A stretch of 64,000 bases of DNA from Convolutriloba macropyga (taxonomy: Eukaryota): assembly GCF_964194025.1 (NCBI RefSeq), contig NC_134468.1:13144001-13208000 (forward strand). The letters run 5' to 3'. This document shows, piece by piece, positions 50,330 through 63,587 of this stretch. The notes beneath the pieces were generated by a model. It saw only the letters and a program-made list of their open reading frames with translations, searched no databases and was not told where the DNA came from. Every line of letters starts with the position of its first letter. The stretch's first letter is position 1. The position numbers were made by a program, and so were the translations under genes.

Positions 50330-51590
50330 ACTTTGAGCTTTGAAAACGGGTAAACAGGTAAAGCTCAGCGGGCATCAAGTTTCATTAGAGGCCCTTAGCC
50401 GCGTTTAGTAGTCCTTCAAGTGCTTTATGTGGTGAAACAACTGGGAATGCCCTAATTCAAGGTTAAAAGGTTGCAATTTTTCGCGTTTTTTCGTGTTTTT
50501 CCAAATTTGTAGTTGAACCAGTCTAAATTTGAGGTTTGTAAAAGTTGAGAAAGGTCATTTACAAGACATAATTTTTTTAAAGGCCAAGTTTATTCGAGTT
50601 TAAAGACAATTTTTGTCATTTTTTTAGTTTTTCAAGACGTAGGTGTCAAGGAATATCCTCTAGGGTTTGATAATAGGTTACTGCAGAATTTCTAGAGGTA
50701 TTAGAATGGCTTTCAACTTTTTAACATCAAGAATTTCAGCAATGTTTTGATTAATTTTTTTCAAATTTCTTAACATTTACTTTCATTTTTAAGCTTTTCC
50801 AGCCCCAGGTTCCGCTAAACCTGATATAGGCTTGGGTAATTGGTTACTTAACAATTTTTGTTGTCCCTGTGATGGTTTTCAATATTTTAATATCACAAGT
50901 TTTAGCAATTTTTTGATAAAATTTGCTCTTTAAATTTGTCACTTTTAGGTTTTCCAGCCTCAAGGACCACGGAACCTCCTCTAGGATTTGATATGGGGTT
51001 AGTTCACAGTTTCTAGTTGCAATAATAATCATTTCAGTTTTTAATGTCACGCATGTTAGCAGTTTTTTTAAAATGAAACTTGAATTTTTTAAAGTTTTTT
51101 TGAAAATTTTTCAACATCGAGTTTTTCCGGCGCCATGGGCCCAGGAACCGCCTCCTGGGTTTGATAATAAGTTACTGCATAGTAGCTAGAGGTATTGGAT
51201 TGGTTACCAATTTTTTAATAACTTGAGTTTTAAGCAATTTTTTGATAAAATTAATTTTTTAATTATCATAATTTTACTTAACCTTATTATCATAATCCGA
51301 ATTCATCGAGCTTTATGAGCCAATGAAGCTATATAAAGCTTGAAATAGGGATACTATTTTGTCTCTCGAGACAATGGAATGCTTCTGAAGATAGTAATAT
51401 CGCAATTTTTAGCATGATTTTGTCGTTTTTTTCGTTTGCCATTTTCCGAGTTTAACAATCTTTACTGGCCAACGAAACTTTTTCAAGTCTTGCAGATGAG
51501 TTACATTACAGAATTTCAGAGATATGTAAGTGGTTTATTTTTTTTTTGCGAAATAAAGAAACTTTCTTTAATTTTTGCACTTTTTAGTCT
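50330..51590. mobile_element. Dispersed non-coding element with internal ~165 bp subrepeats (family also at ~59690-61400 and ~61915-62880)
   Basis: Shared head AAAACGGG..AAACAG..GCTCAGCGGGCAT, repeated core CCTCTAGGGTTTGATAATA(A/G)GTTACTG and tail TTACTGGCCAACGAAACTTTT..AAGTCT. Confidence 0.75.
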
Positions 51591-52287
51591 TTTGAAGCAC
51601 TTGTCATATTTCTGGAGTTTATCTGCCTTTAGTGAATAAATCTCTTTCAAGGCTTGTTCGTGAACTGATGAATATTATATTTGCCCTTCAGGGTAAAATC
51701 GTCAGTTTTAGCAGTTATAATTTTTTGTTTCTCAACTTTTGAGATTGTTTTTCTTAGGCTGGCATTGTTCAATCGATCGGCTGGTCAGATACAATAGTTC
51801 TCAGTTTTTCATTCAATTCTTTGGATTGTATTTCAGGACTTGTCCTGCTATGTTTTTTCATTTTGTTGTTAGTCAAGGTATCGAAATCATTGGAATAGTG
51901 CCAGGAAATTCTCTTTTCATTATTAACTGTAAAAGAGTGCCAAATACATTTAATCAACTCTCGTTGCGATAACAGCAGTTGCATAACTGGAGATAAAAGA
52001 GTGTGGCTAACTGGTACTCTAATCACGACAACAGTGTGGTAAAGCTATGCAATTGTTTTAATCGTCACGAGAGTTTACCAAGAACATTACCACCCGTTTG
52101 TTATTGGCCTCTCGTGAATGTTACTACACGGTTGTCATCGCCACCGGGAAGTTATCAAACTCCGAGGCGAAGCCGATGTGTTTTGATAACTTCGAGGGCG
52201 ATAACAACCGTGTGGTAATTTTTTTAATCAAACCTGTTGCGATCATGCTTGTTTTTTTAGACTACAAGTTTATCAAACTGTTTCCTT

Positions 52288-52380
52288 CATTAGACTACGA
52301 GTTTATCAGCACTCTTTTATCGCCTCTGTTTACTTAGTAACAGTGGCGATAAAAGAGTGTGATAAACTCGTAGTCTAATG
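52288..52380. repeat. Near-perfect 93 bp palindrome within a CGATAA/TTATCG-rich foldback repeat (~51770-52600)
   Basis: CATTAGACTACGAGTTTATCAGCACTCTTTTATCGCCTCTGTT / AACAGTGGCGATAAAAGAGTGTGATAAACTCGTAGTCTAATG. Confidence 0.92.
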
Positions 52381-55300
52381 CTGAAGTGTTTTTCCAGTGT
52401 CGATCGGGCATTAAAATTTATTACACTGGCAGTTTATTTAACTGCTATTATTGCAACAGGTGTTGATTTAAAATTATTGAACAATTTGTCTTGGTGTCCG
52501 AGTTTGACGACTTCTCAATGGCGGTAACAACCGTGTAATAATATTCATTCACACGCAACTTTTGAGCATTGAGACGACGGCTTCTAATGTCCTAAATTTA
52601 TATTCCCTGTTTGTATTGATAATTAACATCAATACCGAAACTGTTTGATGTTCCGGATTATATTAATCGCTGTCACTCGATAGTCGTTTCAATCGTCTCA
52701 AATTATCAATCCCAAATTTCTTCAACTTGTTGGAGACATAAACTTGATAGGAGGTTTTTCATTTTGTTTTGGTTTTATTTCTGCCATACCAATCGAAGAA
52801 GTTATGTTTGTTAAGCGTTCATACCAACCGAATGCTGTAGTGTATTCTTAGCATCTCATTCCAGGAATAACGCATTTTTTATTTTCCATACACTAGCTCC
52901 GTAGCAGTTTAAAGCGAGAATCTGATCATGTGTGCTTTAGACCAGGCATATTATTGGCTGTTTGTCTATTGCATTTTAAAGAATATATATTCCTACAATC
53001 GAGCCAATCGAAGGACTGTAAGAGTAGGAGGCTGCCCATGGAAAGATAAGCAACAGGTGATGCATCGAAGCAGCTAGGCATAGCAATTTTAAATGCTCTG
53101 CTCAAAAGATCGATTTAATAATTTTAACTTTCTTGGTTCTCGCGTTTCAAAAAAAAAAACGAGAGCCAAGTCTAATTGTCGAAAATTTGAGCATATTGTG
53201 CTCCTTGAGTGTTGAAATTTGACAATCGTGTCTAAAAAGCATATATTTATTAAAAATTTTGCTTTTCTGGACCCTTACTTAGTAGCAATGGGGATATTCC
53301 AAATTTATTTTTAAAAATATAAAGTTGGAATTGGAAATAATAATTATTGTACAACGTGGCGATATCGTTCAATTGCATATGAAATACATTTTAATTAATT
53401 ATTTTCTGTTGTTTTGTTAATTTTTCAACATACGATTGTCTTCAAAGCTATGGGAAGATCATTTTTAACAAATTTTTCATTTTTTGTCCACAGATTTCAG
53501 TTTTGTTTTTCTATTTGAAATCCACTAGCAAGCCCGCAAAAGCATCACAAAATCATTCAGAATTGTAAGTTTCTCTGGTTTTTCCGAGTAAAAAGTCAGT
53601 TTTTAGTATTGTTTTGAAATCCATATCGTAGTTTTTGTTGTTGTTATTTTTCCAACTCCTTGTAGAGGTTGTTTATTTTGAGAAGCTGACAATGGAGCCT
53701 TTGAGTTTGCGTTTGAGAGGACGATGGTGAATTTGCGCGTGTCTCTATTGCCGTTGTTTTGATTGTTGTGTGTTGTGAAAGAGCAATTGCTTCGAGGAGA
53801 TTTTTTCGAGTGTTGTTGTTTGAGAGTGAAGCGCTCTCGAGTGCGGTGAAGCAAAAAATGGCTGAAAGTAATATAGAAAAAACAAACGTCTTGTTCGAGA
53901 GACATTAACAACCGCTTAAATTAGCAATCCAAGGTATACACTTTGCTTTAAAGGCCATTCAGAGCCAATCTGCTTAATTAACTTCTCAATGCTTTTCTGT
54001 CCCACGGTCACCGCTGCCTCTCATTGCTGCACATAAAGCAATCTTAAAGCTGTCTCAAATAGAAGAAAAATAGTGAGCATAAAAAAGGTCGTACGTCAAT
54101 CGTTAGTTTTTTTTTCAGTCTGGTGTAAGCTTCAAGGATGTGTCAACGATGGATTTTCATAAAATTTCTGGTAATCTTGAAAGATGAGGTGCCATTTTTT
54201 GTTCTTTTAAGTAATTCTGGAATAGAACATTTTATGAAGAACTCCACCAAAATTGACGCATGTTGGATGGGTCTTCCCTCCACTGTAGCCATTTTTTGGA
54301 CAAATTGTAACTTTTTGTTCTTCGCCAGCAATAAACCCAAATTGAGTAATATTTAAGTCAGACACGACAATTTCATTGTTTTTCTCCGTTGTTGGACGCC
54401 TAATCCTGTTTAATGCCCCGAATTTATTCACCGCGTTGATTGGTATTAATATAATCGTCAAAATCGTGTTGATATTAGAAGTCCAAAGTTATTTCAATAG
54501 TTTTGTTAGTATAATTTTAAATCAGAATTTAAACTGCAACCCCTCATAAATGTTTGCCAGTCTTAATTTTTTTAAACTTAAATAACGGGATTTGGTTTTC
54601 TTCGTTTGTTTTCTCTTTTGCGTCAATTCGCGTAATTTTTAGGTCTGCGGCTAAGCCAAAGTTTCGGCTATTTTCACTGCGAGCTTACTAGTGTTTTTTT
54701 TCGGCTAAGTGAGCTGTTATTTTTACCGCATGGCAGTATGCTAAGTACAGGTGTAGAGTGATTAGAGCACGGTTGAGGTAGCACCACCAACTTGAGCTGT
54801 TATTGGCTGTTCTAAAGTACGTGATGGTGGTTGTGATTGTGGTGGTCGTTTTGAATCTGTACCAGAAGAACAGTAATCGACAATTAGCTTTTATCGATCG
54901 GTATACAAGTAGTAATTCACCTGTCAAAGCGCGATTTATTGTGATTGAAATTAATAACCACTCTCAAATTAATTCAGAGCCTCTCGAGAGATACGTGCTC
55001 TGCTCTCATTACGTCATTCATCCACTCAACTCTTTCGAATCAACGACTCTCACTAATTACTCGAGTGCTCTGCAAATGAGTATTGATTGCATGCACGCTT
55101 TTCTATTTTTCATGGCTTAAAACTGCTATAAGAGCCAAAAAAATTTCTGAACCAATAGTGCAATTTACATTAGTCCATATGATTGAGCGGACAGATATGA
55201 GGTCAATTTTTCATTATTCAACCAACTATAATTTTCCACAAAGCATTTGTTTGATTGGCAGGTTACACCTTGAATGCTTCAAGCTGTTATGAATGTGGAG

Positions 55301-56532
55301 CATAACATTCGCATTCTTTAATTGCCTAAAGTTATTCCTTAAGTTTTTATTAAGCAATTTTCTCAAAAATTCAAACCTGCCTTGTATTGTTTGACATTCA
55401 ACGCTGAATTTGTAAACTTTGTATCCAGTGTCCAGATGTTAAGCTATTGCAACAAAGACAGAAAAGTCGAGAAAACAGAAAAGAAGAATTTGATTAAAAA
55501 TCGAACAAACAACTTGGTTGGAACATACACTTGGATTTTGAATTGCTTCCTGTTCTGTATTAAGAGAGCAAAATAGGCATAAAGTTTGCCAAAATGAATT
55601 TTTGGTTTCGTTTTTGATTATTGCTCGAAAAAATTATGTTTAAATTTCGTTGCTGAAATACACCACTCAAAATGCTATTATTGAAAATTTTCGCTGCCAT
55701 AATAGTGGCAGGTCAAAATTGGTCAGGGAGAAATTTAAAAATAAATGATTTTTTTTGCGAAACTTAAACGCATCGAACAATCTTTTCGTTCATTTGGTTT
55801 TGCAATTTCTTAACAAATATAAATTGCGGTTAATGCTGTTTTCATGTTAACTTATGCTTAACATTTCAAATGAACATCAAAAATAAGGATAAAAATTACG
55901 ACAGCTAATTTTCAAACAGATTGTAATAGATTCAAAATAATTCAAATAGATTGAACTAAGATAGCCCTCTCTCTACTCCCCAAAACACTAGATTTTCAGC
56001 CATTCCAGGAGAGGTTGGAAAAAGCGTTTGTTTCTCGAAAGTCCTTGTATATGTATATGTAAGTGTTGCTGCCACGCTTAACATGACAAGTTTGGTTGTG
56101 AAAACTAATCAACTGAAGGGTTTCTGAAATAGATTTAAGAGAGAGCGACGGTTGAACTTAAGCTACGGCTAATTTTGAAAAATGGACTTGTGTCCTTTCT
56201 TATGGAAGCAATGAAGGGGTATTGGAAAGAGTTGATGTAATGGAGCGTGTAGGTAGAGACGGGAGTTTAAGAGGGATTTAATAAAAAGCGTCCCTTCGCC
56301 TCATTGCACATCCACTCAATCACTCTCACACGTAACACACTTAGGCTAGTTGGCACACCACTGTCCTGTAACCCCCAAGCACGTTCTCCACGTCGACAAA
56401 TCAATTGGGCGATTCAAATATTTCAGTGGATTCCACCTTAAATGATTGCGTTTACAATGAATTCTTGTCTCTCACACTATTATTATTGTCTCTCCCCCTC
56501 ATTATGGTATATTTACTGTAATTGGGAGGTGA

Positions 56533-56534
<2 letters not shown>

Positions 56535-56565
<31 letters not shown>

Positions 56566-57001
56566 GGGGGGGGGGGTTAGTAAATATATACCCACTAAAC
56601 TGTGTGGGAGGGAGGGGATGATAATTGGGAAGTCCCTAGTACTCAGAAATTTTAATTGAACAAGGTCGCATTTTTTTAATCTATTTGACTTGTCGTCTTG
56701 TTGAAACGTGCAGAGGTACCAGAAGCAATGACTTGTGTCCCGTTACGCTACAGCGATTCCAATTCGACATATGGCTGAGAAAAAGGGGCTTTAGCAGTGC
56801 AACAAACACCGTGACCATGCCCACATAAATGAACAATATCAACCTCATTGTTTGTTCACGGTTTTTTATCCTACCGCCACCCCCTCCCCTGAAAGTGTTG
56901 TCGTCACACTTTGTTAGCTTGGTCGATATGAGAGTCACATTTGCTCCGGGGTTTTCCGAGAATTTGTGATGTACATACGTTGTATATGCGCGCCTTGTGT
57001 G

Positions 57002-57058
<57 letters not shown>

Positions 57059-57080
57059 CGTGTGTGGGGGGGGGGGGGGG
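56535..57080. repeat. Two (GT)n tracts each running into poly-G (56535-56576, 57004-57080)
   Basis: Direct observation. Confidence 0.95.
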
Positions 57081-57763
57081 ATTTGATTGTGGTCAGAAGA
57101 TTGGTCACTTTTCCTGTCACGCACCCCCGCGCTTGGTTTTCCCGATTGGTTCGTGTCTCGAGCAGCGAAGCATGATGCGTGAAAACGCTTAAAGTAGCGC
57201 ACGCATGCTTCGTTTTCACGTTTTGTTCACAATTGGAAAACGTAGTCATGCGGTACAACTTTGTGAAATTTGATGCTTAACTTAACGAAAAGTTAATCAA
57301 GTGAATCTGCCCGACAAAACCATCTTTATCTATTATTCCATGTAGAGTAATGAAAGTTATGTAATTTACAAATTATCAGTTGAGAGATAAATAAAAAAAG
57401 TTAATTGTCGAGAACTTAGTTCTATTTGATTTTGGGTCTTCTAATGCATTAATTAAGGCTGTAGCATTATTTTGCTCTTAATATACCTGGTTAAAGGTAC
57501 CAGCATCTATTATATTTCCTTTTTTTTCCAGTTGGATATTTTTTTCCTTCGTGAACGAAAAATTATTTTCACAAGATGATTTGAACGAACTAATACGTCT
57601 TAAGCATTATTGCAGTAAACGGAGGTGACTAACTTCTCTATTAACTTAATCTTTATGGGGTCCTGGATCTCAATTTTGTTGATCAGATTCTATCCTGGTA
57701 TGAAAGCAAACAATTCATTTTAATCATTCTAACTTCCATTCAAAAATGCATTTGTTGTTTCAG

Positions 57764-57980
57764 GACATTAAGCCATTCAAATGCAGCTCACCCAGCTCGC
57801 TACCCGGAGTAGCAGCCGGAGGAGTAGCCACGAGTAGTCTGGGTTTACCAGGGGGCAAAGTGTCCCCCCACCCCTCTTCACTATCCAACCCGGGAAGCAG
57901 AAGTGGATTCGCACATGCAATGGCAGCAGGGTCAAATCAAGGTGCAGGCGGACCCCTCACACCCACCCACCATTCCTTAA
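57764..57980 (+). CDS. gro: Groucho/TLE exon 9 (SP domain); 3' boundary ambiguous
   Basis: tttcag|GAC ATT AAG; Ser/Pro/Gly-rich. Exon 10 needs a phase-1 donor; candidates are A|GTTCGT after 57980 or G|GTGCAG after 57941. Confidence 0.8.
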
Positions 57981-58718
57981 GTTCGTACAAGACACGACTG
58001 TGAGGGAATAGAGTATATTGAAAACGCGTTATTCGATTACTGCAACCTGAAGCAACTCAATTTTTTTTAACCAACTATCGTTGTGATAACAACGGATGCA
58101 GAACTAAGGAAAATCTGAGAAATGAACGAAACTCTGCTTTAGTAGTACACTATCCTTTTCCGCCACTCCTTCTCGCCAATGTTGCTATATAAAGAATGAC
58201 GGAATTATATCGTCTAATGAACTGCGAGGTGGCGTAAATTGCATGTGTTGTAATCACAAAGAGAGGTGATTAAAAACAGTGCAACTCGGTTTTTATCGCC
58301 CTCTCTAAGTTAGTCAACAACTTGTATTCGCATCGGAGTTTGCGATTACTCGATTTCGATAACAGCCGTGTGAAATATTGATGATGCTTTTAAGAATTAT
58401 CATGGGAATGTCTCCGAATAGTCAGTGTGACATTCATGCCAAAATGATAGAATTCCTTACAGATCAATTTTAGAGACTTAATTTCAACGTGTTAGTCACT
58501 GCTTTTTTCTATCCTATTTTCATCACATGTTGATAAAGTTGACTTTGTTCCTAAATTAGAGGAAATTTTTGCTTTAAAACCATTTGCTGTCAGCTACGCC
58601 TCGTGAAATATCAAAAAAGGTAATTTTGAATGCCAGAATTTTATACTAATTATATTAGAAATTTTAATAATTTTCTATTAAAATTCGTTTGTTGTGGATA
58701 ACCATTCGTTTGTTTTAG

Positions 58719-59051
58719 TGTCCTCAGCAGCCGTAGCCGCCGCTGGTCTCAGAGGCAATCCAGCAGCTGCAGCGGCCGCCGCTGCCGCCGGTCTACCACC
58801 TGGAGCCGCTGGAATGCCACCCTTTCCGTTTCCAGCAGACGCTGCCGCGGCAGCCGCCTACTCGAACGGGATGAACGGACTTCTCCATGGAAACCTGTCA
58901 CCCGGGGCAGCCGGTGCTGCTGGGAACCCAGCTGCCGCCGGGTTCAGACCCAATCAGCTGGACGCCCTCCGGATGGCACAACAGTTTGGACCCCACGCAA
59001 TAGCAGCCATGGGATTGGCACACCCTGCGTTGGCTGCAGCTGCCGCCCAAG
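58719..59051 (+). CDS. gro: Groucho/TLE exon 10 (SP domain, Ala-rich)
   Basis: ttttag|TG TCC TCA GCA...CAA G|GTACAC; 333 nt, phase 1/1; GC-rich, within ORF 58694-59170; alternative in-phase acceptors after 58727 and 58730. Confidence 0.85.
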
Positions 59052-60417
59052 GTACACACGCACAACTGATAGCTTCCTCAACCTTCTCAATTTTTGGTCT
59101 ATTTCACTATAATTGCTCTGATCTTAAAGCACTGGGGACTAAGCAAGAATATGGAATCTCAATTTTGTGAAGAAGGCCTTGAATTTACGAAGGTCTGTAA
59201 ATATTTAATAAATGCTAATAAATTAAGTGTTTATTTTTTTGCAAAAATTTGGACAAAATTGATGACAGTTGTATGTTTTTTTATTAGGTCTGGTCTCCGA
59301 TCTTCTCTAAGCACAAAAAATAATCCCAAATTAAAACTTCCAGAATAAAACTTCCGACTTTCAGTTTATGTCAAGCGCTTATTCACACAGATCTCTGTAT
59401 CATTTTGGAGATAGCATTAATTGTTTCTGTGCTAAACGGTGGCGTAATAGCGTTCGTTTAGCCGACACTCGGAAAGACTTTGAAGAAATTATTTCACAGG
59501 TTCCGAAGCTCGGAGATTCGCCTGCATTTAACTGCAGATAACTCAGTGAGGCTTTAAAACAGGCTTCAGAGACCACTCGATTTGATGCTCCCCCTATAAT
59601 TTTTGCCAGTAATTATTAATTGCTCTCAAACGAAGTTTGTAGCAATTATATTAGTCCGGTCGGTCTTTTTTTAATGCGATTTTTCGCTTGACCGATTTTT
59701 CGTCTGAAGCTTTTGACTTTTCGTCCTCAAAAACGGGATAAACAGTTAGCGCTCAGCGGGCATTAAGTGCTCTTAGAGCATTTCAGCTCTGTTTCAGCTC
59801 AAACTGTTTTGGAGACCTATACTTATGGTGTGAAGGGCGGTTCTTAGAGGTTGAAGACACCCCCACTGTTGACCCCCCCTATTGCCCCCACCCCCACCGT
59901 GCTGTTGCCCCCCCCCCAACCCCAGTGTTACCCTCCACCCCCAATCAGCCCCCGGTGCACCCCCCCCCCCTCCCGTGGCTAGCTACTGACGAACAACCGC
60001 TTGCTAAAAACGCAAATTTATACTATTTTGCATTTTTTTCAAGCTTTTTGAAAATTTTGACATTTTTTGTTTTTTATCAGCCCTAGGTGTCAAGGAACTT
60101 CCTCTAGGGTTTGATAATAGGTTACTGCATTGTTTCTAATGGTAATGAAATGGTTTCAACATTTTAGCATCACGAATTTTACCATTTTTTTGGACAAAAC
60201 GTGCAATTTTTTCAAATTTTTGACATTTTTCCTTATTCAGGTTTTTCCAAACCCAGGGACCATAAAACATCCTATGGGGTTTGATAATAAGTTACTGACA
60301 ATTTTTTAATGGTCATGAAATAGTTTTTCAACTTTTTAATGTCCCAAATTTTAGCAATTTTTTGATAAAACTTGCTTTTTTCAAGTTTTTAAAATTTTTT
60401 GTCGTTTTTTAGATTTT

Positions 60418-63352
60418 TCAGCCTTAAGAGCCTAGGAACCTCCTCTAGGTTTGAAAATAGGTTACTAATTAGTTTGTTGATCAAATGGAACGTCTTGCAA
60501 GATTTTAACATCACAAATTTTAGCATATTTTTGATATTTTTTGCCATTTTTTTCGAGGTTTTCGACATTTTTAGTCATTTTTCAGATTTTTTGAGTCTCA
60601 AGGGTCAAAAAAGCCTCTGTTAGGGTTTGATAATAAGTTACTGAAAATTTTTTTTGGTCTCGGATTAATTTCCAACTTTTTAATATCACAAGTTTTAACA
60701 ATTTTTTTTATAAAACTTGCAATTTTATTAATTTTTTTTTGAATTTTTTTGGTAATTTTTAGGTTTCTCTAGCCTCAAGAACCACGGAACTTCCTCTAGG
60801 GTTTGATAATTTGATACTGCCTTGTTTTTAGACGTAATGGAATGTTTTTAATATCTAATATCACGATTTCAAGCAATTTTTAAAAATATTTGCAATTTTT
60901 TTATGTTTTTGAATTTTCCCGGCAACGGAGGCCCTGAGACCTCCTCCAAGGTGTGTTAATAAGCTGCTGCATAGTTGGTGGAGTTAATGGTATTAAGATC
61001 AACATTTTTTATCACTCCAGTTTTAGTAATATTTGGATAAAATTTAAACTTTTAAATTTAAAGTTTAAATTTTTGGAACATTTTTATGTTCCAAGCGTAT
61101 GGACCTTATGAGCAAGTGAAATTATTTCAGACTTGAAATATGGATACTGGACAGTCTCTTGAGACAATGAAATGGTTCTTATGATATTAATGTCTTGAAA
61201 TCTGGCAAAATTTTGTTGAAATTTGTATTTTCCAAATTTTTTCAATATTTTCCTTTTCTGAGTTTAACGACCATTACTGGCCAACGAAACTTTTCAAGTC
61301 TCGGAGATGGGTTAGTTGACAGATTTTTTGAGACAGAAAATGGTTTTGATTTTTTATTGCGAAGTTGAAAACTTGTCAGTTTTGCCTTTTTCAGTTTTTT
61401 CTATATGATTTATTTATTACCAAGGTTAGAAAACTAGATGTTGCAGTGTGGAATAATCATGGAAGATATTCCTGTCTCCTTCTCTCTTTCGGTTAGGGTC
61501 CATTTCCCTCTCGTTCACGTTTTATCTCTCTCTCTCTCTCTCACTCTCTATCTCTCTGTTGATTCCGCACTTGAGCTGCTGTTATGTGGCGTAATATCAC
61601 CATCTCTGATCCTCATTATCAATGAGTTATAGTTGAAATGTTTTTTATCATAATTAATCTAACAGGCACTTTTAGGAAACCCTCTCAACAGCAATTTGTA
61701 GCAAATATAAAAATCCTGATTGTCTTTTATGCAATTTTTCGCTTGGCCGATTTTTCGTCTGACTCATTTGACTTTCGTATTTAGAAACTGGATAAAGAGG
61801 TAGCGCCCTGTGGTCACTAAACCGTGGCTAGCTGTTGACGAAGCCAACCGCTCGCCGGTCGTTTGAGAGCAATTCGCCTGACGTTAGTCGGTTATTTATT
61901 TTTTTTTTTTTTTTTTGATTTTGTCAGCCTTAAGAACCTAGGAACCTCTCTGGGTTTGAAAATAGGTTACTAATTAGTTTCGTGATCAAATGGAACGTCT
62001 TGCAAGATTTTAACATTACAAATTTTAGCTTTTTTTTGATATTTTTTGCCATTTTTTCCAGTTTTTCAACATTTTTAGTCATTATTTAGATTTTTTGAGC
62101 TTCAAGGGTCAAAAAAGCCTCCATTAGGGTTTGATAATAAGTTACTGAAAATTTCAACTTTTAAATATCACAATTTTTAGCAATTTTTTTTATAAAACTT
62201 GCCTTTTTTTAATTTTTTTTTGAAATTTTTGGTTATTTTTAGGTTTCTCTAACCTCAAGAACCACGGAACTTCCTCTAGGGTATGATAATATGTTACTGC
62301 ATTGTTTTTTAGATGTAATGGAATGTTTTCAAGATTTTAATGTCACGATTTTAAGCAATTTTTAAAAATATTTGCAATTTTTTTATGCTTTTGAATTTTT
62401 CCGGCAACAGAGGCCCTGAGACCTCCTCCAAGGTGGGATAATAAGCTGCTGCATAGTTGGTGGAGTTAATGGTATTAAGATCAACATTTTTTATCACTCC
62501 AGTTTTAGTAATATTTGGATAAAATTTAAACTTTTAAATTTAAAATTTAAATTTTTGGAACATTTTTATGTTCCAAGCGTATGGACCTTATGAGCAAGTG
62601 AAATTATTTCAGACTTGAAATATGGATACTGGACAGTCTCTTGAGACAATGAAATGGTTCTTATGATATTAATGTCTTGAAATCTGGCAAAATTTTGTTG
62701 AAATTTGTATTTTCCAAATTTTTTCAATATTTTCCTTTTCTGAGTTTAACGACCATTACTGGCCAACGAACTTTTCAAGTCTCGGAGATGGGTTAGTTGA
62801 CAGATTTTTTGAGACAGAAAATGGTTTTGATTTTTTATTGCGAAGTTGAAAACTTTTTAGTTTTGCCTTTTTCAGTTTTTTTCTCTATGATTTATTTATT
62901 ACCAAGGTTAGAAAACTAGATAATGCAGTGTCGAATCCAATCATGGAAGATATTCCTGTCTCCTTCTCTGTCTTTCGGTTAGGGTTACTTTCCTTCTCGT
63001 TCACGTTTTATCTCTCTCTCTCTCTCACTCTCTCTCTCTCTCTCTCTGTTGATTCCGCACTTCAGCTGCTGTTATGTGGCGTAATGTTACCATCTCTGAT
63101 CCTCAATATCAATGAGTTATAGTTGAATTTTTTTATCATAATTAATCTAACAGGCACTTTTAGGAAACCGTCTCAAAAGCAATTTGTAGCAACTATAATA
63201 ATCCTGATTGTCTTTTATGCAATTTTTCGCTTGGCCGATTTTTCGTCTGACTCATTTGACTTTCGTATTCAGAAACGGGTTAAAGAGGCAGCGCCCTGAG
63301 GTCACTAAACCGTGGCTAGCTGTTGACGAAGCCAACCGCTCGCCGGTCGTTT
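60418..63352. repeat. ~1.5 kb tandem duplication in intron 10 (60418-61864 / 61925-63352)
   Basis: Both start TCAGCCTTAAGA.CCTAGGAACCTC and end GAAGCCAACCGCTCGCCGGTCGTTT; paired ORFs 61438 and 62928. Confidence 0.93.
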
Positions 63353-63587
63353 AATTTTTTTCTTCGGTTCTAAATTTTTTCGAAACATTTAGAAAACACT
63401 GTATACATTTGCGACAAATAAAGTGCCTTATCTATAATAGACAAAACCGAATGCCAAAATACCCAAAGTGCCAACATTTCCAAAAAAGGGACTATATAGT
63501 ATAGTGTTTCCTAAATGCGTTTGTGGGTTTATTTAATATGTAATCAACGATGCGTGATCTGAAAAATTTTTGGAATTTTCTCTTCAG

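Noticed and set aside
56681-57258. 173-aa and overlapping HTHT/VCVC ORFs
   Set aside because: Stop-free because of (GT)n and poly-G; no recognisable domain.
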